Below, one piece after another: positions 1 through 10,586 of a stretch of DNA of 11,582 nt. The stretch lies in assembly GCA_037443365.1 (NCBI GenBank), contig JBBIOM010000040.1, positions 4,397 through 15,978 of the forward strand, read 5' to 3'. The translations under genes were made by a program, and so were the position numbers. How positions within the stretch are numbered: position 1 is the stretch's first letter; each line of letters begins with the position of its first letter. Below the pieces are notes generated by a model, which was not told the origin of the DNA, ran no database searches, and worked only from the letters and a program-made list of their open reading frames with translations. The DNA comes from Armatimonadota bacterium. Its GTDB lineage: Bacteria; Sysuimicrobiota; Sysuimicrobiia; Sysuimicrobiales; Humicultoraceae.

Positions 1-706
1 CCTCGCCCGCGAACCCCCCTGCGGCGGCGTAGAGGGCGGCCTGCTGATGAGGGTTCTCGCCGTACCGCAGGTCCGTGCGCTTGGTGAACGTGAGCGTCAG
101 GCGGTCGGGAAAGGGCAGGAGGCCCGCTGCCCGCTGGAAGTACGCGGCGATTGCCGCGTCGTACGCCGCCACGCGCGCGAACGCCTGGGCTGCCAGGCGC
201 AGGCGCAGTTGCTCGGGCAGGGCCCCGCCGCCCTCCATCGCGGCGATGACCTCGCCGTACTGGGCCGGGTCGCACAGCACCGCGACGCGCGCCCAGTTCT
301 TGGCCGCGGCGCGCAGCAGCGTCACGCCGCCGATGTCCACCTCCTCGATCGCCTCGAGCATGCCGGCGCCGCGGGATGCGGCCTCCTCGAAGGGGTACAG
401 CGTCACGGCCACGAGGTCAATGGGCGCTATGCCGTGCCGCTCGATCTCGGCCTGGTCGCCGGGCTCGTCGCGTGCCAGCAGCCCGGCGTGCACGGCCGGG
501 TGCAGTGTCTTGACGCGGCCTCCCAGCATCTCGGGAAACCCGGTCACTTCCTCCAGCGCCACGACGGGCAGCCCGGCGGCGCGCAGCGCCGCGGCCGTTC
601 CCCCGGTGGAGACGATCTCTGCCCCGGCCGCGCGCAGCGCGCCTGCCAGCGCTATCAACCCGGTCTTGTCCGCGACGCTGAGCAGCGCTCGACGCACCCT
701 TGTCAT
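1..706 (-). CDS. purH: Bifunctional AICAR transformylase / IMP cyclohydrolase, N-terminal ~235 aa (runs off the left edge; absent from the ORF track)
   Basis: Manual translation from ATG at 706: [16 protein letters not shown]...STGGTA...[25 protein letters not shown]...TLYPF...[14 protein letters not shown]...[14 protein letters not shown], all PurH signature motifs. ATGA overlap with the purN stop (703-706); AGGAGG at 714-719. Confidence 0.98.
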   Translation of the reverse strand, partial: [235 protein letters not shown]

Positions 707-1386
707 GCGCGACCCTCCTGTGGCTGACCCAGCAGCACCCTGCGCCCTTCCACGCGCACGCGGCCTTCCGCCCACCACCGGACAACCCGCGGGTAGAGCG
801 CGCGCTCCTCGGCCTGCACACGCGCGGCCAGGGCGGCGGGCGTGTCACCATCGAGCACCGGCACCGTGATCTGCGCCAGGATGGGGCCTCCGTCTGGAAC
901 CTCGTCCACGATGTGGATGGTGCATCCGCTCACGGCCACGCCGGAAGAAAGCACCGCGGCGTGCACGCGCTCGCCGTACATGCCCTTTCCGCCGAAGGCG
1001 GGCAGGAGCGCCGGGTGCACGTTCAGGATGCGCCCGCGGTGCCCGGCGATGAACTCGGGCGACAGGATGCGCAGGAAGCCTGCCAGGCACACGAGATCGG
1101 CGCGGTGCTCGCGGATCAAGAGCGCGATCTCGGATTCGAATGCCTGCGGGCTCCGCCCGCGGTGATCAACCAGGAACGTGGGCACGCCGGCCCGGCGCCC
1201 GCGATCCAGTGCCGGAGCGCCCGGGGTGTTGACGATGACAACGGCGACCGCGGCGCCCGAGCGCCCCGGGCCTTCGCCGGAGATCCCATCATCTGCCTGC
1301 TGTGCATCTGCTCGTCCTGGGAACGCGTCCAGCAACGCCTGCAGCGTCGTGCCGCTCCCCGAGGCCAGGACCGCAAGGCGCGTCAC
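703..1386 (-). CDS. purN: Phosphoribosylglycinamide (GAR) formyltransferase, 227 aa
   Basis: N-terminal LAVLASGSGTTLQAL phosphate loop, LAGFLRIL, ILNVHPALLP (catalytic Asn/His), GCTIHIVDEVPDGGPI (catalytic Asp). GTG start overlaps the purM TGA (GTGA, 1383-1386). Confidence 0.97.
   Translation of the reverse strand: MTRLAVLASGSGTTLQALLDAFPGRADAQQADDGISGEGPGRSGAAVAVVIVNTPGAPALDRGRRAGVPTFLVDHRGRSPQAFESEIALLIREHRADLVCLAGFLRILSPEFIAGHRGRILNVHPALLPAFGGKGMYGERVHAAVLSSGVAVSGCTIHIVDEVPDGGPILAQITVPVLDGDTPAALAARVQAEERALYPRVVRWWAEGRVRVEGRRVLLGQPQEGRA
714..719 (-). promoter_or_regulatory. Shine-Dalgarno site for purH
   Basis: cctcct on + reads AGGAGG on -, 7 nt upstream of ATG 706, inside the purN 3' end. 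Confidence 0.85.
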
Positions 1387-2429
1387 GCCAGGTCCACTCC
1401 CCTCGGGCCCTCAACGATCTCGCCGATCTTCCATGCCGAGACGCCGGCGGCCTCGAAGTGCGCCAGCGCGGCGTCGGCATCCCGGGGAGCGATCACCACC
1501 ACCATGCCGATCCCCATGTTGAACACCCGCAGCATCTCCTCCTCGGCGATCCCGCCTGCGCGCCGGAGCCAACCGAAGATGGGCGGGGCGGGCCAGTTGC
1601 GCACGACACTGGCACGGCGGCCCTCGGGCAGCACGCGCACCAGGTTGTCCGCGAGGCCGCCGCCTGTGATGTGCGCGGCCGCGCGCACACGCGCGCGATC
1701 AAGGCGATCAAGCAGAGAGAGGAACTCCGCGGCGTAGCAGAGGTGGGGCGCAAGCAGCGCGTCGCCTAGCGAGGCGCCCAGCTCCTCGATGCGGTCGTGC
1801 AGCGATACGCCCGCGGCCGCGACGACGCGCCGCGCCAGGGTGTAGCCGTTGGTGTGCAGCCCGCTGGAGCCAAGGCCCACGAGCACGTCCCCGGGCGCGG
1901 TCCCTGCGCCGGTCAGGAGGCCTCCTGAGGGGGCGTGCCCGATCATGGTCCCCACGACCTCATAGGCCCCGCCGGCGTAGATGTCGGGCATCTCCGCGGT
2001 CTCGCCGCTGACAAGCGGCACGCGCAGGTGCGCGCAGGCGCGGGCCATGGATCCAACCAGCACCTGGGCGAGCGCCGGATCCAGTTTCGGCATGCCGACA
2101 TAGTCGAGGAACGCGATCGGCCTGGCCCCGCAGACCGCGAGGTCGTTGGCGCAGTGCGCGACGATGTCCCACCCGATGACCTCATCACGTCCCATCTGCC
2201 GTGCTATCAGCGTCTTCGTCCCGACGCCGTCCACCGTGGCCAGCAGGAAGCCCTCTCCTGCCGGAGCCAGGCGCACCGCGCCCGCGAAGGCGCCAAGCCC
2301 GGCGCCCACGGCCTCGGTGTAGGTGGCGGCAAGGGCCGGCGCCAGCCCTGCCAGCAGCCGCGCCTTGGCGTCCACGTCAACGCCCGCGCTCCGATAGGTG
2401 AGCCCGCGAGGCGAATCGCCCTGAGTCAA
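1383..2429 (-). CDS. purM: Phosphoribosylformylglycinamidine cyclo-ligase (AIR synthetase), 348 aa
   Basis: LTYRSAGVDVD, DGVGTK, NDL...GARPIAFLDY, GETAEMP, SSGLHTNGY, AHITGGGL, RVFNMGIGM. TTG start at 2429 with GAGGAG 6 nt upstream. Confidence 0.98.
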   Translation of the reverse strand: MTQGDSPRGLTYRSAGVDVDAKARLLAGLAPALAATYTEAVGAGLGAFAGAVRLAPAGEGFLLATVDGVGTKTLIARQMGRDEVIGWDIVAHCANDLAVCGARPIAFLDYVGMPKLDPALAQVLVGSMARACAHLRVPLVSGETAEMPDIYAGGAYEVVGTMIGHAPSGGLLTGAGTAPGDVLVGLGSSGLHTNGYTLARRVVAAAGVSLHDRIEELGASLGDALLAPHLCYAAEFLSLLDRLDRARVRAAAHITGGGLADNLVRVLPEGRRASVVRNWPAPPIFGWLRRAGGIAEEEMLRVFNMGIGMVVVIAPRDADAALAHFEAAGVSAWKIGEIVEGPRGVDLA

Positions 2430-2435
2430 CGCCGG

Positions 2436-2441
2436 CTCCTC
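2436..2441 (-). promoter_or_regulatory. Shine-Dalgarno site for purM
   Basis: ctcctc on + reads GAGGAG on -, 6 nt upstream of TTG 2429, in the 33-nt purF-purM spacer. Confidence 0.8.
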
Positions 2442-2462
2442 AGCGGATTCCTCACGGCGAAG

Positions 2463-3908
2463 CTACACCGGCGCGCCGGCGCGCGCCGCAGGCATCGCAT
2501 CAAGGGCGGCGCGCCCGGCTTCGGCCTCTGAGGGCACGCGAGTGGGGTACCGACCGTCCAGGCAGGCCATGCAGAGCACATCGTGGCGCAGTGCCACGGC
2601 CTCCACGAGCCCGGCCTGGCTCAGGTAGCCCAGGGAATCGGCGCCCACGAACCGGCGGATTTCCTCCGCCTCGAGGCGCGAGGCCACGAGCTCGCCCCGG
2701 GTGCTGGTGTCTATGCCGTAGAAGCAGGCGTGCCGGATCATGGGGGACGAGATGCGCACGTGCACCTCGCGCGCGCCCGCGCTGCGCAGCAGGCCCACGA
2801 TACGGCCCGAGGTGGTGCCTCGCACGATCGAGTCGTCCACGAGCACGACGCGCCTTCCGGCGATCACGTCCAGGTTGGGGTTCAGCTTGAGGCGGACGCC
2901 CGTGTCGCGCGAGGCCTGGTCGGGCTGAATGAAGGTGCGACCGATGTAGCGGTTCTTTATCAGGCCGATCTCGAAGGGCAATCCGGCCCGCTCAGCGTAG
3001 CCCATGGCCGCCGAGGTGCCCGAGTCGGGCACCGCGATCACTATATCGGCGCGGGCCGGGTGCTCGTGCGCCAGCACCCTGCCCATGCGGCGCCGGACCT
3101 GGTGGACGTTCCGGCCGCACAGCACCGTGTCGGGTCGCGCGAAATAGATGTACTCGAAGACGCAGTGGGCGTGCCTGCGGCCGGATAGAACCTGCTTCCT
3201 CTGCATGCCCTCCTCGTCGAACCAGACCATCTCCCCGGGCGCCACCTCGCAGACCGCCTGGGCGCCGGTGTGGTCGAACGCGCACGTCTCCGAGGCGACC
3301 GCCCAGAAGTCGGGGCCGCGGCCAACCGCCATGGGCCGGATCCCGTGCGCGTCGCGGAACGCGATCAGGCACCCGCCCACCAGGGCCGCGACCGTGTAGG
3401 CGCCCTCGAGGCGGCGCATGCACCAGGCCACCGCGTCCCGTAGGGTGGCCGCCGGCGCGCGCGCGATCAGGTGGGCGATGACCTCGCTGTCGGTCGTTGC
3501 GCCGAATGCGACCCCCTGCGAGGCCAGCTCGCGCCGCAGCGACGGCGCGTTGATCAGGTTGCCGTTGTGGCTGATGGCCACCGGGCCCCAGGACGAGGGC
3601 GCGATGAAGGGCTGCGCGTTCTCGATTCGAGCCGATCCCATCGTGGCGTAGCGCACGTGCCCCACCGCCGCCGCGCCCGGCAGCAGGGCGAGGCGGTCAT
3701 CGTCAAAGACGCGGGAGACGAGCCCCATCCCCCTGTGATGCCGCATCACCGTGCCGTCGAAGGCCGCGATACCGGCGCTCTCCTGTCCGCGATGCTGCAG
3801 CGCATAGAGCGCCACGTGGACCAGCGGGCCGGCGTCACCCCCATCGGTGCGCAGGACGCCGCTCACGCCGCACTCTTCCTTCCAGACCGCGCCGCCGCAA
3901 CGCACCAT
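2463..3908 (-). CDS. purF: Amidophosphoribosyltransferase (glutamine PRPP amidotransferase), 481 aa
   Basis: Start reassigned to ATG 3908 (GGAGGT 8 nt upstream): MVRCGGAVWKEE-CGV (Ntn catalytic Cys), LQHRGQESAG, GHVRYAT, HNGNL, CVFEYIYFARPD, VPDSG, PRPP loop VLVDDSIVRGTT, CFYGID, CMAC. The ORF-track extension to 4148 overlaps purL and is not credible. Confidence 0.98.
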   Translation of the reverse strand: MVRCGGAVWKEECGVSGVLRTDGGDAGPLVHVALYALQHRGQESAGIAAFDGTVMRHHRGMGLVSRVFDDDRLALLPGAAAVGHVRYATMGSARIENAQPFIAPSSWGPVAISHNGNLINAPSLRRELASQGVAFGATTDSEVIAHLIARAPAATLRDAVAWCMRRLEGAYTVAALVGGCLIAFRDAHGIRPMAVGRGPDFWAVASETCAFDHTGAQAVCEVAPGEMVWFDEEGMQRKQVLSGRRHAHCVFEYIYFARPDTVLCGRNVHQVRRRMGRVLAHEHPARADIVIAVPDSGTSAAMGYAERAGLPFEIGLIKNRYIGRTFIQPDQASRDTGVRLKLNPNLDVIAGRRVVLVDDSIVRGTTSGRIVGLLRSAGAREVHVRISSPMIRHACFYGIDTSTRGELVASRLEAEEIRRFVGADSLGYLSQAGLVEAVALRHDVLCMACLDGRYPTRVPSEAEAGRAALDAMPAARAGAPV

Positions 3909-3912
3909 GTGC

Positions 3913-6149
<2,237 letters not shown>

Positions 6150-6153
<4 letters not shown>

Positions 6154-6848
6154 CGCGCGCCCACCAGGGCGGCCACCGCGCACTCGAACACGCGACGGCC
6201 GTCGGTCGAGCCCAACAGCGCCTCCGAGGCGCGCTCGGGGTGCGGCATCAGACCAACGACGTTCGGCGCAATGCCTGCCACACCGGCGATCCCTGCCACC
6301 GAGCCGTTGGGGTTGGCTGCGGGCGTAACCCGGCCGCGCGCGTCGCAGTAGCGGAACACCACGCGCCCGGCCGCCTCCAGCGCCGCGATCTGGTCGCCCG
6401 GCGCGAAGTAGGCGCCCTCGCCGTGCGCCACCGGCATCGCCAGGACCTCGCCGGGCCGCAGGCCCGCGGTGAAGGGCGTCTGGTCGGTCTCCACGCGCAC
6501 CCATGCCGGATGGCACCGGAACTGCAGCGAGGCGTTTCGGAGCAGGGTGCCGGGAAGCAGGCCTGCCTCGGTCAGGATCTGGAAGCCGTTGCAGATGCCC
6601 AGCACCGGCGCCCCGCGCGCGGCGATCTCGCGCACCGCGGGCATCACCGGCGCGGTCGCCGCTATCGCGCCCGACCTCAGGTAGTCGCCGTAGGAGAACC
6701 CGCCCGGGAGGACCAGCGCGTCTATCCCGTCCAGCGAGCGGTCCTCGTGCCAGACCTCCTCCACCCGCTGCCCCAGGACCGACCGCAGCACGTGCACGCA
6801 ATCCCTGTCGCAGTTGGAGCCCGGGAAGAACACCACGCCCCAGGTCAC
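6150..6848 (-). CDS. purQ: FGAM synthase glutaminase subunit PurQ, 232 aa
   Basis: Start reassigned to GTG 6848 (GTGA overlap with the purS stop; GGAGG at 6856-6860). FPGSNCD, LPGGFSYGDYLRSGAIA, GICNGFQ (catalytic Cys), AHGEG, NPNGS, MPHPER (His/Glu of the triad). Confidence 0.98.
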
Positions 6849-7084
6849 CGGGCGGCCTCCAGGGAGATCTCCTCGACCGTCCACGTCTCGACCAGCGGGT
6901 TGGCCAGGAAGCGCGAGCACATCTCCTGCACGTCCGCGCCGTCGGGCAGGACCAGCTCGATCACCTTGCCCATGCGCACCTGCTCCACCCGATAGCCCAG
7001 CGCGTCCAGCCCTCGCTCCACGGCCTGGCCGGGCGCGTCCAGCACGCCCGGCTTGGGCATGATGACCACGCGAAACGAGCGCAT
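6845..7084 (-). CDS. purS: FGAM synthase subunit PurS, 79 aa
   Basis: PKPGVLD..G.AV..GL..LGY, VRMGKVIEL, MC..FLANPLVE. Size and position between purC and purQ fit. ATG directly follows the purC TAA; GAGGAGGT just upstream. Confidence 0.95.
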   Translation of the reverse strand: MRSFRVVIMPKPGVLDAPGQAVERGLDALGYRVEQVRMGKVIELVLPDGADVQEMCSRFLANPLVETWTVEEISLEAAR

Positions 7085-7999
7085 TTAGGCGACCTCCTCC
7101 CCGGTGATGCGGCGGCATGTCTCCGCATAGCGCCGCCGCGTCGCCTCGATGACCTCATGAGGCAGTTCGGGCGCGGGCGATGAGCGGTCCCATCCGGAGC
7201 GCGTCAGATGGTCGCGCACGATCTGCTTGTCGAACGCCTCGAGCCGCCCGGCGGCGTACTCCTGCGCGTCCCAGTAGCGCGACGAGTCCGGGGTGAGCGC
7301 CTCGTCTATCAGCAGCAGCGCTTCCCCCGATGCGTCACGGCAGATACCGAACTCGAACTTGGTGTCGGCGAGCACCAACCCGCACGCCTCCGCGTGCGTA
7401 GAGGCGTGCGAGTACAGCGCCAGGCTCAACTCGCGCAGGCGCCCGGCCAGGGCCTCGCCTGCAAGGCGCGCAACCTCCTCGAACGCGATGTTCTGATCGT
7501 GCCCACAGCGCGCCTTGCTGGCGGGCGTAAAGATCGGACGCGGCAGGCGTGAGCCCTTGGCCAGGCCGCCGGGCAGGCGCACGCCGCAGACCGCGCCCTC
7601 CCGGCGGTACTCCTCCCACCCTGATCCGGCCAGGTAGCCCCGCACCACGCACTCCACGTCAATCCGCTCGGCGCGGCGCACGAGCATGGCCCGGCCGTCC
7701 AGGGCCGTCACCTGCGCGCGGGCTTCCGGGAGCAGGGGCATCTCCGCCACGTCCGTGGTCACCAGGTGGTTAGGAACGATGTCCCGCGTGCGCTCGAACC
7801 AGAACGCCGACAGGCGTGTCAGGATCCGGCCCTTCCCGGGTATCGGCGTCGGCATCACGTGATCAAAGGCCGAGAGGCGGTCGGTGGCCACGATGAGGAG
7901 GTACTCGCCCAACGCGTAGACGTCGCGCACCTTCCCGCGCGCGTACATTGGCAGCGGGAGGTCCGTGGTCACGACGATCCGCGCAGCCGGGGGGATCAT
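7085..7999 (-). CDS. purC: SAICAR synthetase, 304 aa
   Basis: Start reassigned to ATG 7999 (ATGA overlap with the purB stop). RGKVRDVY, ATDRLSAFD, IPGKG, ECVVRGYLAGSGW, HDQNI, LADTKFEFG, IDEALTPDSSRYW, FDKQIVRD. Confidence 0.97.
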   Translation of the reverse strand: MIPPAARIVVTTDLPLPMYARGKVRDVYALGEYLLIVATDRLSAFDHVMPTPIPGKGRILTRLSAFWFERTRDIVPNHLVTTDVAEMPLLPEARAQVTALDGRAMLVRRAERIDVECVVRGYLAGSGWEEYRREGAVCGVRLPGGLAKGSRLPRPIFTPASKARCGHDQNIAFEEVARLAGEALAGRLRELSLALYSHASTHAEACGLVLADTKFEFGICRDASGEALLLIDEALTPDSSRYWDAQEYAAGRLEAFDKQIVRDHLTRSGWDRSSPAPELPHEVIEATRRRYAETCRRITGEEVA

Positions 8000-9281
8000 C
8001 GCGGGATTCCGGCGCGCTCCAGGATCAGGTCGGCGTGTCGCAGGTAGGGCGCCAGGTCGAAGCACGCATCCCGTTCCGCTGGTGTGAGCGCGCCCGAGGC
8101 CACGAGCAACTCTCCGAACCTGCCCCGTCCCTCCAGCGTGGCGGTGGCCGCTTCCTTCACGACCTTGTAGGCCTGCTCACGCCCCTGGCCCTTTTCCAGC
8201 AGCGCCAGCAGCACTCGGTGGCTGAAGACCAGGCCGCCGGAGGCCTCGAGGTTGCGCCGCATGACCTCGGGGCGCACGCGCAACCCGGCTAGCACGCGGC
8301 GCAGAAGGAGCAGCATGTAGTGCACCAGCCCGGTCGTCTGGGGCAAGATCAGCCGCTCGGCCGAGGAGTGGCTGATGTCGCGCTCACCCCACAGCGCCTG
8401 GTTCTCGAGCGCGACCGGGGCGGCGCCGCGCACGACGCGCGCCAGGCCTGCCAGCCGCTCGCAGAGGATGGGGTTGCGCTTGTGGGGCATGGCCGATGAT
8501 CCGGTCTGATGCTCCCCGAAGGGCTCCTCGACCTCTCCCACCTCGGTGCGCTGCATGAGGCGGATCTCGGTGGCGATCTTCTCGATGCTCCCGGCCAGTA
8601 TGGCGAGGGCCGCGACGTACTCGGCGTGGCGATCGCGCTGCAGTATCTGGCTGCTCACCGGCGCCGGCTCCAGCCCTAACCCGGCGCAGACCGCTGTCTC
8701 TATCTCGGGAGGGTTGTGCGCAAAGGTGCCCACCTCGCCCGAGAGCTTGCCCACGCGCACGGCCTCCCGCGCCGCGCGCAGCCGGGTCTCTGCGCGGCCC
8801 AGCTCCGCGTGCCAGAGCGCCGCCTTGATCCCAAAGGTGATGGGCTCGGCATGCATGCCGTGCGTCCGGCCGGGCATGACCGTGTAGCGATGGGCCGACG
8901 CGAGGGCGGCCGTGGTGCGGCGCACCTCGGCCAGCGCGTCCAGGATCAGATCGGCCGCGCGCACCAGCAGCACCGACAGGGCCGTGTCAACAACGTCGGA
9001 CGAGCCCAGCCCCCGATGGAGGTATGACGCATCCGGACCCGTCAATTCGGTCACCGAGCGCAGGAACGCCACCACGTCGTGCTGCGTCTCGGTGCGCTCG
9101 ATCTCGTCAATGCGCGCCGGGGTTCCGCACCTCGCCTCACGGCGCAGGCGCGTCGCGATCTCCGCGGGAATCAGGCCGCGCGCGGCCTGGGCCTCGGCGA
9201 CCAGCAGCTCGATCTCCAGCCACACCGCGAACCTGGTCTCGCTCGCCCACAGCTCCCGCATCTGTGGGGTGGAGTAGCGTT

Positions 9282-9288
<7 letters not shown>
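7996..9288 (-). CDS. purB: Adenylosuccinate lyase, 430 aa
   Basis: Start reassigned to GTG 9288 (MLERYSTPQM, like the B. subtilis-type MIERY N-terminus; 7-nt overlap with the purA stop). HDVVAF, SSDVVDTA, GRTHGMHAEP, fumarase-superfamily signature GSSAMPHKRNP, ERDISHSSAER. Confidence 0.97.
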
Positions 9289-10580
<1,292 letters not shown>

Positions 10581-10586
10581 CGAACT

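Noticed and set aside
2468..2479. Perfect 12-bp palindrome CCGGCGCGCCGG at the purF 3' end
   Set aside because: It is all G/C, inside coding sequence (RAGAPV), has no loop or U-tract, and is expected by chance here. Not supportable as a terminator or operator.
6154..7118. purL frame stays open across most of purQ (to 6801) and the purQ frame across purS (to 7118), hinting at a frameshift-made PurS-PurQ-PurL fusion
   Set aside because: Each gene has its own start at an ATGA/GTGA overlap, I saw no slippery site, the extensions are low-complexity, and large PurL has its glutaminase domain at the C-terminus. Stop-poor alternative frames are expected at this GC content.
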